This document shows, in pieces, positions 1-15,800 of a DNA stretch of 64,000 nucleotides. Position 1 is the stretch's first letter; each line of letters opens with the position of its first letter. Source of the stretch: Macrostomum lignano (taxonomy: Eukaryota); the NCBI GenBank assembly GCA_002269645.1, contig NIVC01000094.1, positions 248,001 through 312,000 of the forward strand. Reading direction: 5' to 3'. Under the pieces are notes generated by a model, which worked only from the letters and a program-made list of their open reading frames with translations, made no database searches and was not told the origin of the DNA. The translations under genes and the position numbers were made by a program.

Positions 1-813
<813 letters not shown>

Positions 814-1396
814 GTGGATGAATGGAAAAAGAGCGGACAGCAATAGCAGGCTATTCAGGCTGCAAATCCATGTGCTCGATGAGGCTCCACCCGAGCCTCA
901 AGCAGCTTTCTGAGACGCACTCAGCAGCCGGGCCGCAATGTCCCGCCCAGGCTCTCGGCTCTGCACAGCGCACAGAGACAATGAGGCAGTTCAGCCGGCC
1001 GGGCCACTCGTGCTCTGACAAGCAGCCGCATGATGCGCCCCGCCCGCTTTGTTTGCCCAGTGAGTGCGGCAGGTCATTCAGTGGATAGCCGCCATTTGCG
1101 AGGCCGAGGGCCATGAAAGCCTGTGTCAGTCAAGCTATTCAATTGTACAGCTGACTGGATCGCATGCTTTCTTTATCATAATAATAAGCAAAATCATCCC
1201 TGCTGTTGCAGCTGCGTTTGGCTCAAACTAATTTAGTACTTTATAGATTGCTCTGTGTACGTATTTACAAATTGACATATTTTATGTCGCGCAAACTGAC
1301 ACTAGTGTGAGCCTGGGCCCTGTCCCGTTACCTGCATCACGTGAGTTTTTAATTCAAGTGCTAGGCAATTATAACTGGACTATAAATATCTGCCCC

Positions 1397-1628
1397 TAGC
1401 AGCCAGGTTTCTCACAGCCAATCACAGATGGGCAAGGAACGCCGACCCCCCATCCAGACTAGCAGCCAGGTTACTGACAGCCAATCACTGCTGGGCTGGG
1501 CAAGGAACGCCGACCCCCATCCAGACTAGCAGCCACGTTCCTGAGAGACAATCACAGCTGGGCTGGGTAAGGAACGCCGACCTCCCCATCCAGACTAGCA
1601 CCCAGATTCCTGACAGCCAATCACAGCT
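1397..1628. repeat. ~65-bp tandem repeat (about 3.5 copies) carrying CCAAT boxes
   Basis: The unit ctagcagccagg...cagccaatcacag...gggcaaggaacgccgacccccatccaga recurs. Confidence 0.85.
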
Positions 1629-2643
1629 TCCTTAGTCATATGCTTCGACCTCTCAGATCCCGTCACCAAAATATTTTAAGCAGCTCCTTATATCCCATTG
1701 TGACCAGGCTGGTAGGGCGTGGCACTTGGCTGCCAGCCAGTGCTGCTGGGTTTGCCGTAGAGAATCGCTGGCTGCCACACCCGGTGGGAGGGGCGGTCAT
1801 CGCAGGCTCCAATGCAATCGCTAGACAGATTGTGTGACTGCCACACCTTGGCCCAGTTTGCCTGGCTTCTTTTCTGTTTTTCAGCGCTTCTGCCTTAGGC
1901 CTGTCTTCTGCTTCCTATTCTCATACAGACAATGATGCGGCTTCCTGGCTTACGCGGCGATCTGTCAGGGAGGCTGCGGCGGCTGCTGCTGCATCATAGA
2001 AGCTCAAGCTTAAAAGCCGCCCGCCCATCTCCTGGAAGATTTTCACGCTTGATTGCTTGAGTTGCAGAAACCTGGCAAGCACTAACTGGCCCGTGAAGCC
2101 TCTCTGTATAGCCTCACTAGAATTGAGCCGGCTTTTGGGGCGGGGGGGGGCGGGTGGGGATGTAGATTTGAAGACGAACATCCGGGATCCGGGAATTAAC
2201 AAGCAGCAATAGGAAGTGCTTGTGGGACCCGCGTGCTTTCAGTCTGTTCTGGACTGAATAATCCCGATCCCATCCCTATTGAGCTGATGATGCAAATGAC
2301 GCGAACTTCATCGCATCTGAGTTTGGGTCCACGTTTGACTCTGGCACCAAAATGTCCCCGGGTTCGAATCGCAATGATTTGAGGCTCTGACCATGAAAGT
2401 TGGCCATGAGATTCCCTAGATTAGAAAGTCGGTGCCGCTGTACACCCCGTGTGAGCGGATGAACTATGCTAGCTGGGGTCGGCTGTCGCATCCCATCCCC
2501 ACTCTTCCTCTCCCTCCCATCCTCAATACTCCGCATTTCACTTTCGCCTGCTCAAGAGACATTCCATCTCCGGTTCTGCACAGCAAATGTCAAAAGCGCA
2601 GCAGCCCATTGTCAGGTGGCAAAGCAAACAGAGATTCGCTTTC

Positions 2644-3498
2644 CTAGTGGGGCCACTTAGCAGCGGCAGCTGATTCAGACAATTCCATGCAGCCATGCAC
2701 TTTACGAGTCCAGCCTTTCTGATCCAGCCGCCACGAGTCACAATGACGGAGCTGGGAAATCAATAAGAGCACCGTGCCATTGCTGCTGCTATTGCAATTT
2801 TTCTGGCATTGCGAAAGCTTTTTCATTGATTGCCTGCAGGAATGCGCCCGGGAAGGCTGGGGTTCTGACTCAGCTGGATTGTTGCCAGGGGGGGGGGGGA
2901 AGAAGACAAAAAAGCAATGAAAGCAGAATGATGCGTGCGCAGATTGCTTGCAAATTTTGCTTGAATTTTTTTGTATTCGGGAGTCCAGAAACATCCGCGA
3001 GCGTCGCGCAAAAATTTAATATAATAATAACAATGGTATTTGATGCAGCAAGCAAACAGACCGCCAGTCTGCCTGCTCCAGTGCCTGGCATTTGCATTGT
3101 CTGACTCTATGGGGAAGTTCGCAGGCTATGCTCTGTGTCTATTCACACGGGCAGGCGCCGGCCGGTCACCGGAGCCGCTGCAGGCTGCGCAGGAACCGCC
3201 TGAGCCGCGGCCTGCTGTTGCCGAACAGCTGCCGCAGCGACTGCAGGCTGCGCCGGTTCTCCAGCAGGGCCCGCTGGCTCACCGTCACCGAGTGCCGGCT
3301 CTCCGCGTCCGTCAGCTGATAGGCCGTCACGTGGATGCCCTGCGCCAGGAACCGCCGCTCCTCCGGGCTCAGCGACTTCAAAGGTGACGACAGAGCGGCA
3401 GTGCCGGAGACGGTCGGCGACAGCAGCATCGATAGCAGCAGAAGTGGCAGCAGCTGGAGGCTCAGGCTTGAAGGACACGAGGGCAGCCGCTGCGGCAT
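2644..3498 (-). CDS. Candidate secreted protein. Either single-exon 3498-3166 (110 aa) or spliced 3498-3170 + 2833-2644 (172 aa)
   Basis: Signal-peptide-like N-terminus (MPQRLPSCPSSLSLQLLPLLLLSMLLSPTVSG). Codon usage is strongly GC3-biased like the other genes here. A GTGACC donor overlaps the stop and is phase-compatible with a cctgcag acceptor at 2834. Family not recognised. Confidence 0.55.
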
Positions 3499-4477
3499 CG
3501 CATGGCCGCTGAGCTGAGGCTGAACAGCTGGCGGCCTCCGCCTCTGCTGCTGTTGCTGCTGCTCGAGTATTGCTGCTGGCGAGTTTTCTCTGCTGCTTTT
3601 TCTGCTTCTGCTGTTGCTGCTGCCGGGGCTGAGTTGCATAGCGGTGGGGAGGCGGGGGCTGAGCTGGCAGAGCTTCATATGAACTGGTGAAGCCCGAGCT
3701 CTGAGCGGTCCTCCATTAGCCAGCCACAGCCAGCCAATGGGAGCGCAGCTGGCAGGCAGCACTGCACGACCCCGTTGGATTCCTCTGCGCTGATGAAAAC
3801 CCATTAAAACAGTTTGACACGAGCACAGGCCAGGGATTAAGGCTTGCTCAACAATGTTCACCTGCTGGGTTCTTTGACTCTTGCTTCGGCAGTTTACTCG
3901 GGACCTGGCTCACTCTGGCCTGCGACTGCCCTGACGGAGCCGCTTGGCTCAGTAGGGAAGCACAGGGACTGGGGGTACGGGGTTCGATTGCATTTTCCGG
4001 CCAGCTGAGCACTCGCATATCGTAAATTGATTCTCGATGCGACTTGAGTCCTCCTGACGTCCTCCCCCCCCCCCCCCAGGGCCGACACCCCTTGGGGGCC
4101 CGCCGAGGTCCTCCCTCCGGCAGATCGACCGGAAAAATGGACGGATGACGGAGCAGCGAAAGCGGGATAGGGAGGGGAGGAGGAGGTGGCAATCGAGTTT
4201 GCTGGGCGGAACGCTGGCCCGGCCGCTATCCTCATTAACCTCACTTATCTCCTTGACCGCCTCCCCAACACACAAGGAGGCTGCAGATAAGACTCGGCCC
4301 CACGCTCAGCTTCACTGCTCTCTCTTGACCCGATGGCTGACTTTCCATTTTTTCTCTGCTATTTATTATGACCGTTTGGCCTCTGTCTGGGTATCCCGCC
4401 ACCTGTGCCTGCACCTGATGGCCCCCGCCTATAGTCTTCTGCGGCATTTGCTCGAATAACTTTTAACCCACGGCCTC

Positions 4478-5030
4478 TCTGTTCTACCCACTCTGTTCTA
4501 CCCTCTCTGTCCTACCCTCTCTGTCCTACCCTCTCTGTCCTACCCTCTCCGTTCTACCCTCTCTGTCCTACCCTCTCTGTCCTACCCTCTCTGTCCTACC
4601 CTCTCCGTTCTACCCTCTCTGTTCTACCCACTCTGTTCTACCCACTCTGTTCTACCCTCTATTAGTTTCCCCTCTCTTGATTTCCAGTCTCCGTTCTACC
4701 CTCTCCGTTCTACCCTCTCTACTCTACCCTCTCTCTGTTCTACCCTCTCTGTTCTACCCTCTCTGTCCTACCCTCTCCGTTCCACCCTCTCTGTTGTACC
4801 CTCTCTGTCCTACCCTCTCTGTTTTACCCTCTCTGTCCTACCCTCTCTGTTCTACCCCCTCTCTGTCCTACCCTCTCTGTCCTACCCTCTCTGTCCTACC
4901 CTCTCTGTTTTACCCTCTCTGTCCTACCCTCTCCGTCCTACCCTCTCTGTTGTACCCTCTCCGTCCTACCCTCTCTGTTCTACCCCCTCTCTGTCCTACC
5001 CTCTCTGTTGTACCCTCTCTGCTCTACTTC
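4478..5030. repeat. CT-rich 14-bp minisatellite (ctaccctctctgtc)
   Basis: Tandem units visible directly. The ORF 4677-5156 is a by-product. Confidence 0.95.
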
Positions 5031-5623
5031 CAATCTTTTCAACCCACTGTACCAAATTCTTTCTGTAAAATATTTTCAATTGTCTCCCTCGGTGCTATCA
5101 ATAAAAAGTCATTATCTCAGGGAACTGAAAGCCCTTACTATCGCCCGATGGCTTGATTAAATGCATGGCAATATTTCATCAGAAAATCAGCTCTGCAGCA
5201 TCAGCGTTCACTTCAAAACGATCTCAGTCAAAGCTTAGTCAATTCGTGTACACACTGCGCCCAAACGCTTGAAAACAGCATTAAAATCGCGTCCGTTCTG
5301 TGCAACGATAAAAGCGCCATAAAGTTGTCAAATTTTATTGGCCACCGAAATTGCAAGCAGAGGAGTTTGAGTCCCGGCTCCAAAGAGCTGCCTCAGAGCT
5401 GCCTGATCCTGAGCTGCCTCATCTCTGGCCCCCTAATTAATTATTCACGTTGCTAGGCAGAAACAGATTCCGGATATGTGACTGAGGCAAAGATTCCTGC
5501 GCTGAGCTTCGGGCTTCCGATCAGGGATTCAGATAATCCCTCTTCCTGCAGCCCGCTCGGGATCCAAGCTGCCTACTCGACCTGCTCAGGAAAGTTCGGA
5601 TTCACCATGATTTTTATTCACAC

Positions 5624-6955
<1,332 letters not shown>

Positions 6956-7677
6956 TACAGGCATATACCTATGCGCACACATGATGTACTGATGTAATTA
7001 GGACTGCCTGCACAGGCATGCGCACAGCAATAAACAGTCGCACATCTCTAAACCCACGCGCAGATGTTCAACAACCGCGCTATCTGATTTTCAGAGAATC
7101 TGCGGTCCAGCCTGATTTAAGCTCGGAGCCGAAGCAGATGGTGAAAAGATTTACAAGCTGGGGTAAATCTTGAAAGTCTAAGGGACAGGACCTTAATCCT
7201 GTCAGGACCCTAGTCCTGTCAGCAGCGCTGTCTGCCACTACACGATCCCAGCAGCTGCGTATGACGAACTTGAAAACATTTCTGTCTCAGTAGCCGCGGT
7301 TTCTCAATGGCCAGAAGCTGCGTTTGATTCGAAAGCAAAATGAGAATTGCTGTCAGCTGGACTGCTTTTAGCTCGGAACCAGGGTCAGCCGTGTTGCTAG
7401 GTCGCCTCCCGAAGAGGAGCTAATGGACAGGGCTTGTTAGCGCTGGGCAGACGCTACTTACGGGTAAAAAACTAACATGGGTGCTAAAAGCACTGATTTT
7501 GCATAGCTCAGAGCTGAGAGACATAGACAGAGGGAGACTGCAGACAGGGAGAGGGAGATGATGTGGATTCAGTGAAATTAGAGAAAAAAATGCTTTGACA
7601 TTGTTAAAGATCATTAGTAAAGTGATATAATTAAGTACACGGGAACCCATTATGGACAGGTAAACGCGAGAGTGAAA

Positions 7678-8097
7678 AGGGGGAGATAAGCGGAGAGGGG
7701 GAGATAGGGGAGAGGGGGAGATAGGGGAGAGGGGGGAGATAGGGGAGAGGGGGAGATAGGGGAGAGGGGGGAGATAGGGGAGAGGGGGGAGATAGGGGAG
7801 AGGGGGAGATAGGGGAGAGGGGGAGATAGGGGAGAGGGGGAGATAGGGGAGAGGGGGAGATAGGGGAGAGGGGGAGATAGGGGAGAGGGGGAGATAGGGG
7901 AGAGGGGGAGATAGGGGAGAGGGGAGATAGGGAGAGGGGGAGATAGGGGAGAGGGGGAGATAGGGGAGAGGGGGGATAGGGGAGAGGGGGAGATAGGGGA
8001 GAGTGGGGAGATAGGGGAGAGGGGGAGATAGGGGAGAGGGGGAGATAGGGGAGAGGGGGAGATAGGGGAGAGGGGGAGATAGGGGAGAGGGGGAGTG
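7678..8097. repeat. Purine-rich ~17-18-bp minisatellite (ggggagataggggagag)
   Basis: Tandem units with dense G4-G5 runs. Confidence 0.95.
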
Positions 8098-9696
8098 GGA
8101 CTAGGAGAGAAGCATTGGCTAGAAGACAGAAGAAGAATCAGAGACAGGCAGATTTGAGTCTGAGAAGGGTCCCCCAGCGTGTGTCCTTGGGGTTGGCAAC
8201 TTGGACCCCCGCTGCTCAGTAAGTTGAATAAATTATTGCCACGCCGGAACTTCCGGCTGCTAATTAACACCGCGCCAAATTAGTTCGGTAAGAAAAACTT
8301 GTCGTGACGCAACGAGCCTCTAACCAGATAGATAGAAAGGAACTGCGACCCGATTGGATTCGTGTGACTCAGGAGATTAGCAAGTGAGCTCGAAGCTGCT
8401 GATTAAAAGCGCGCAGTTAGAAAAAGCCTCCAAACTGCAGAACGGCGGCTTCCTCCCTGCCTGCAGGCCCGGGGAGTTTCCTGCCGCTGCTCTGGCTGAG
8501 TAATCGCGCGAATCACGGGAGCCCATAGAGCCGGTCAATCTCCAATCGATGGGCCAGAGAGAGGCGAGAGGGTCGGGTGGAATGAGTCCGCTGCTCTGTG
8601 AATGACTGCACGCAGGTAAGACATGGCCTTACGGACAGTCTGGCGAGCGCCAGTTACGTCATTTCAGCCCAACTGGAGAGGGACAGGACCGAGAGAAGGG
8701 TTTTTAGCAAGGCGTCCAGGTGGAAGGAATCTGATTAATCTGGGGCGCTGAGGCGGGTGGCTCATGTTAGCAGCTGTAGGGCCGCCCCCTCCATTACCGG
8801 AAGCCCCGTTCCACTGCCGACTGGTGCGTCGCTCTGTCAGCTCACTGACCTGAGGGGTGGGGCAGGCAGCTCCAATGGTTGAATGCTGCAGTCCACACCT
8901 CACAGACTGAACCGCCGCCCGCTGAGGCATTGTCCCCACCGACCCTAATTCCCCTTTGTTCCCCTGTCCCCTCAGCTCCACCTACCCAGGAGCGGCACCC
9001 CGCATCAGCGGCCTGGTGCTTCTGAGGCAGGGCGGTGGGTAGCAAGTGCGGCAGCTGCGGCTTTGGCCGGAAAAGAATTGTAGCTCAGTGCATCTGCTGC
9101 AGCTCCTGCCTCTGCCTCCATCGCATGAAAGTCTGATGCGACTCTGTCAATCTGCCTGGCTGCTGCTGCTGCTGCTGCTCAAGTGACAGTAAACATAGTT
9201 GCCTCAAAAACTTGACCCTTTATCGATTGGGCAGCTGAGTCCCCGACCGACTGCTGAAAATGCACATATTTTTTCTATCTCGCTAGTCAGTAAAAATGAA
9301 ACTTTTTTTATCAGCACGATAAGCAAAACAGACCAGCGGCAGTGAGCAGCTCCCTATAGTTATGCCGCTATTCATTATCCCGTTGGGAAACGGTTGAAGC
9401 AACTCTGTCCCTGTACAGCACCGTCTGAAGTGCCGACAGAAGAGACGCAAATTGTTTGGCCTCTCTAATCAAGCCTGTATGGAAGCCGCGGCATCAGAAA
9501 CTTCAGTCGATGAGAAGCTCCCCGCAATCGGTAATTGAGTTTGCAGCCTGGCCCGCTCGGCACCTCTTCGGCAAGCAGCCGGCAATCGAGGGTCACCCGA
9601 GGAGCTTCGCGTCGCCACTTCCTGGAGGTCAATTTAGACTTCTCGAGTCCCGACCGCGATTTCTGTGAATTCAATTCGACGTGTGTCGCCGAATTA

Positions 9697-10216
9697 GCAA
9701 TCTACAGGGTCTCTCTGGGTCTCCGAATCGGCAATCTACAGGGTCTCTCTGGGTCTCCGAATCGGCAATCTACCGAGTCTCTCTGGGTCTCCGAATCGGC
9801 AATCTACAGGGTCTCTCTGGGTCTCCGAATCGGCAATCTACCGAGTCTCTCTGGGTCTCCGAATCGACTATCTATGGAGCCTCTCTGGGTCTCCGAATCG
9901 AAAATCTATGGAGCCTCTCTGGGTCTCCGAATCGACAATCTACAGAGTCTCTCTGGGTCTCCGAATCGACAATCTATGGAGCCTCTCTGGGTCTCCGAAT
10001 CGACAATCTATGGAGCCTCTCTGGGTCTCCGAATCAGCAAACTACAGGGTCTCTCTGGGTCTCCGAATCGACAATCTACAGGGTCTCCGAATCGGCAATC
10101 TACGGGGTCTCTCTGGGTCTCCGAATCGACAATCTACAGGGTCTCTCTGGGTCTCCGAATCGGCAATCTACGGGGTCTCTCTGGGTCTCCGAATCGGCAA
10201 TCTACGGAGTCTCTCT
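9697..10216. repeat. 34-bp minisatellite (gggtctctctgggtctccgaatcggcaatctaca)
   Basis: About 15 head-to-tail copies with no spacers. Confidence 0.95.
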
Positions 10217-12892
10217 GGATTATGCTCCAGAGACTAAAGAAAAGGCTTGAGCCGCCTTGGCGATTTCCCGCAAAGCAAAGTCTACGGTACAGACTCGCTC
10301 TCGGCGATGCAAACACCGGATTTATTTTAAGAATCCTGTGGGGCTTGCATGTCCGGCGCACACCTGCCCGCCCCCCGACCTGGCTGGATGAGTGAGCGAC
10401 AAAGCTCTTGCCGTCCATCAGTCTAAAAGCTGCCCATGCTGTGGACTCAAGCGGCCCCCATGACTGCCAATGCTGGAGTGATTTCCATCAGCGCTCCCCA
10501 CTCAGTCACTTTCTAACACTCCCGCAGCGGGCAAACAGCTCGAACCTGTGTTGAGGGCCGGCCCTGTAGCACTAGAATCGATTGGCAGGGAAAGGCAAGC
10601 AGAGCTGAGAGAGGAATGGGGAGAATCTTGATGGCTGAAGAAGCGGCGACCGACAAAATTGAGCCACAGCGTCATCTGTCTTACTTTTCTGTTGCCTCCA
10701 CGCGTTGTTTTTCTTGTTCGTCTGTTTTTTTCGTTGGCTGGGTCGTTTAGTTTAATTAGCAGGTGCGAAAGCGTGTGTCGCGCGCATCTTTCAGTCACGC
10801 AGCAGCCTATGCAGTTCTACATTTGAAAGCAGCAGCTATTGGCGCCTGTCTCTCAGTTTTGCAGTCAATGAAAGCGACAAAATCGAAAACTCGAAAAAAT
10901 CGTGACAATTTTTGGTCGGCGTTGTCAACTCTCGGCAACCTGCTGTGTATTTGGAAAATCCGATGTGAAACGTACGAGCTAGGTGGGAGTCGGCAATTAC
11001 ATAACTCTCACGAAGGCATTTTGTGTTTGCTAAACTTATACTGGCTGATTTTCAGAGAGGCTCTTTACCTAATATGGGACAGCTGGTTGGTAAATGCACA
11101 GCAACCAGTTCAATGCAGATAGTAGAAAGCGACTCAAAGCATGAGGGCAGAATGGCTCTCCAATTCCCCTCACTCTTGTCCCATACAGCTTTGCCCTTCC
11201 TTCAAGCATTATCCCATCCTACGATGAAGAAATTCTTGGCTTCTGAGCAGCTGGAATGCATGAATTTTAGTAGGCTGAAGCGTTTTAAAGAATCAATTCT
11301 CAACCCCGGCATTCCAATTAATGATCTCTAGCAGAGCGACTATAAGTCAGGGGAGTCTGGAGGGTAAGAACGTTCTTCATCTTCGCTTTGCCCTTCCTCT
11401 TTTCATGTACAAATAAAGCTCTAACTGGCGGCCAGCTTGATTCCCCTCAACAGAATACTTTTTAGCAGCAGTTTCTCGTGTGCAGAGAAAAAGTTCAATC
11501 GATATCATCGGCCCGCGCCGCTCAAGCCGCGTCACTTAAAAGCTTCGGTCAAATCCACAGTAGAAATGCGCCTTGGAGTCTGCACATACATAATTGCACC
11601 CGCCCCATCCCGGCATCTTTCTTACCATTTTTATTAATTAGACACTACTAGTAGACTGTAGTAGACACTACTAGTACACTCCTTAGTTTCAGTTCCCGCA
11701 CACTATAAAATTATTCGTACTTTTCATCACATATGCATGCATATAGCTACATACGTAGTATAGCTACATACATGTATATCCTGTTTATAAATGCATGTAC
11801 ATGTAGTTTCTGGGCAGACCAGTAAACTTATACGCGCATATATTTTCTATAATGTTTCTAAAATTCATTTACATGCGATTTACGATGTTTCATTTACGAT
11901 TTTTTATGTTAAATTGGTCTGTCACTTGAAAAAACGTTTGAAGTAATGACAAGACCAACAATTAAACATGAAAAATCGATTAATGTGTCGTTAGAGCCGC
12001 AGCATGTGAGGCACATAATAGTGTGATTAGAACTTTCTCTGACACTTTAAAGAGACCCAATCACTGTTTTAGTGTTGAAAATCGTTAAATTAGTGTTTTT
12101 TAGTGAATTAGTGAATTTAGTGAAATTCACCGGTGAGGAAAAATCCATAGTGTATTTTTCCAGTGAAACCTGCCTTTAAAACTATTTCTGAACGAAAAGC
12201 TTTATGAATATCGATAGAGCAATAAGAAAGGCACGATATATCAAAAGATGAACACTGGATCTGCCTCCTATCAAAAGCAATAACAAATATTTTTGTGAAA
12301 CCTCCTGTCTCTGTAGTGTATTTTTCTGGGAAAAGTTGCCTTCAAAAACATTTACCATAGATTTCGAGTGTTGCGTCCTTCTACTTAAGTTGTCCTTGGC
12401 CCCAAAATGACCATTCAAACCTAAAAATGACTCAAACTTTTATGCCAAATTACGAAATATTATTTAATAATCATGATAAATATAATATCCAATGTCCGGC
12501 AAACTATGGTACAAAAAAGAAAATTTCACTCAACATATATTACGATTTTTGACAACATGTACAATAGCAATGTAAAGCCAGGATCGTTTTAAGTTCATAG
12601 GATTTATTTCAAACAATCATTCAAATTTGAATCATTGAATCCGCTCAAGATATTCCTGGTTGGCCAGCGTTACATTTGGCCTACCAAAATTTTCAAAATA
12701 CGACAAACGCACTTGAACGCACGTGACTTTTGTGCAAGTTTAAAATCTGAAAATGCATCTGCGCAAACTGCGCTAATGCGCGCGCTAATGATTGCAATCC
12801 AGTGAGGGGCGGCCAAGGTCCACATCATTAAATTGGCCTTCTTTAGTATATATATTTGAACTATTTACTATTTAGATTTATCTATAAATAAA

Positions 12893-15800
12893 ATGAAGCT
12901 TTTCACAGCCAGAGGCAAATTTTTGTTGCCTCTGTTTTTACTTGCATTGCATCAAATTTTCTCTGCGGAAGCGAATCCCCTTTCTTTAGCGAGCGCAGCT
13001 TTTTCTGCTATTGCCTTGTCAGTTAGCTTTGTGTATAAAGATCAATTAAGCTGCTATTTTGCAGAGTGTTGTGGAAAACAATGGGTTGATTTCAACCATA
13101 CAGGTTGGTAACTAGACCTTGCTCTTGTTAATGTTAGGCCTCATTTGACTTATTCTCACTCTTGGTCTATATGCATAGGCCTGTTTTAAGATTTGTCTAT
13201 TCTAATATTTTAATAACACAATTTGATACAATTAAGGCATTAAAATTTTGAACTATGTGTTTAAATTTTGTAGCCTAATATTATTATAATAGGCCTATCT
13301 TAGTTTAAAAAATGAATAATAATTTTCACAATTGGCCTAACTTAATATTAAACCCATTTTGTTATTGGAATAACTATATAGAGAAAATACAAGCAAAAAT
13401 AATAATATACAAGTAAAATTCTATAACATATTTTCAAAATTTAGGGTCTATTTGTTATGACTTATTATAACGACTAATGTTAATCATAGTCCCAAAGATG
13501 TTCTATGCATGCCACAAAAATATAGGTGATGGTCATTTTGTCAACTGGCATTTCGTCAACTTGGTTGACGAAGTGATCAAAGTGTTGGGGTGACTTTACT
13601 AGTGGTTGACGAAATGACCAATGCCTAGGTTTTTCCCATTTGCTTATTGACAAAATGACTAAAATTTTCATTATATGAATGATATATGTATGTAGCTGAT
13701 ATAGCTGCATATCTTGTATAGCTTACAATTATTGTTATATCGATGACTTGTTTTATTAATTGCCTTATTTTAAAAAAACGAACAATTTTTGCAATTTTGC
13801 AATACTAGATTGCATGTCTATTAGGTTAAATGTTTCAATGCAAATATTCTATGCAAATGTGTTACCCCATGTGCACTCATACCCATATGTGTCAGGGCAT
13901 TAATGAATCTTGAGTATTTGTGTTATGCGATCATACATATATATGACTATATATAACATGGGTATTTCTCCTATCAAAACGCGTCGAGGACTACTATAAA
14001 GTCCCCTATATATAGAGTCATAAAAATTAGTAGATGTGCCTTCCCACCCCTCCACCTCGCTGTGCACAGTCAGCCAAAGCCCCCGCAGCGAATCTTAATA
14101 TCCAGTAATGTTTTTGATCAAAGTATATAATTACGTACAATTCATGCGTACTCATCGATCGATCATGCATGCTGTACATGTATAAGGTATTCCTTCACTC
14201 CCTGTCATGCTTAACACTAAAATGTACAATTCACTATAAGAAGACACAAGCAGACACAAGCAGACAGATGCAAAGGCACAGGCAGATGCACAAACCGATC
14301 AACAATATTGGGTGCAGTACCACCATAGCAGCGTGCTCTTGATTCATGCATTCCTGCTCATGTAGCTACACAAGACTTGGCCATATGCCTAAGCCTAGTG
14401 CTTTTACGTGTAGGGTCAGCAAACTTTTTACCTCTGTTTACCTCTTTTTAACTTCTGCATTCAAAATTTAACATATACAAATGTGTAACATGGGATGTCA
14501 ACCCCATCGTGCTGCACACGTTTCAAACACGAGCGCATTATATTTTGTTAGTACATGTACAAGCGTATAACAGAGACGCATCAATTGAAAGCCAGTAGAT
14601 ATTGCAGAAGGGTATGAATATTAATTAGCCTGTCGACTTAGTCATTTCAGGGTTCAGTTTTACCTTTTTGTGGCTGCGGGGGGTAGTTTATTGGCAGTTG
14701 ACGAAGTGACCAATGTTGGAACACTTCCTGTTGGCCAGTTGACCAAGTGACTGAGGTTTGAGATTGCTTCATTGGCTTGTTAACAAAACAACCAATGATA
14801 AAACCAAGTTGATAAAATGGCAAATTGACGAAATGCCAGTTGATGAAATGACTAAGACCCAAAAATATTAGACCCTGACCACTGCATGCCAAGATTATTA
14901 AAAAATCTCATGTGCACCTCACACTACATGCCAAGAGTTTCATCTGCATTGTGCGCTGCATAAAAGACTAATAGAAACAGTTAAAAGCAAAAATATACTC
15001 CTATTATTAGCACCTTGTTAAATAAAAGCAGCAAAGACTATTTAAACAAATTAAATTCATTTTTACACCAATTGGGTTACTTTTTTGTCTTTTATTTTGC
15101 TGCAAAGTTAAAAAATATTATATTACAATTATTTTTATAAATTTTGTTACTAAAGTAATCAAAAAAGCAATTTAAATTAAGACATTAGGCTACCAATTAC
15201 AAATTTCCATGGTCTAGCCAAATCTAAACCTATGTTTTTATTTCCAAATCCATTTTACTCATAGCTATTTACCATTTTTTTGTGTGTACCACTGCATACA
15301 AAGTTTCATTGCATAAAAGCAAAAAATAAATATTCTGTCCAAAGATATAAGTAGTATAAGTAGTTGAAAAGAGAAAAAATGCAATGTCAGCACTAGCAGT
15401 CATTTTACAAAAATTTAAGCAATTGAAGATATATCAGAACCATTCATTTTAAAAAAAGATCAATTGTCATAATGAAGTTGTTCTCAAAAGGCTCTTGACT
15501 CAACTATCTTTAGTTTGCTTTGTTGCTCTCAGGAAGTCTATCCATGTTTGCCCCCACAGGCATTCACCTTCCAGCCACACTCTAACTATTGAGACATTGC
15601 TAACAAAAGAGCAGAAAAAAACCCAACTGAAGACCCCACAGAAACACAAAAAATCATACATGAATGAGAACCAGAAGAGTGAGCTCATGCCAACCTAGCA
15701 CAAGGAGCCCCCTCCCCCTGAAAGACCAAGCGCTAGAAACCCTTCAATGCGCAGGTATGGTGCAGCACTGACCCCCCCCCCCCCAAGCTACACCCCTTTC

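Noticed and set aside
851-1114. Cys-rich minus-strand ORF as a further exon of the 3.5-kb secreted-protein gene
   Set aside because: It has a plausible acceptor, but I could not connect it in frame to the upstream exons and no motif is recognisable.
8400-9200. GC-rich segment with a strong + strand donor (cag|gtaaga at 8614)
   Set aside because: It could be a non-coding first exon or promoter, but no downstream exon or ORF could be tied to it.
9697-10216. 34-bp repeat resembling a CRISPR direct repeat in length
   Set aside because: The units are contiguous with no unique spacers, there are no cas genes, and the context is eukaryotic.
14410-14430. tagggtcagcaaacttttt resembling a hAT/Charlie TIR
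   Set aside because: I found no partner TIR or TSD.
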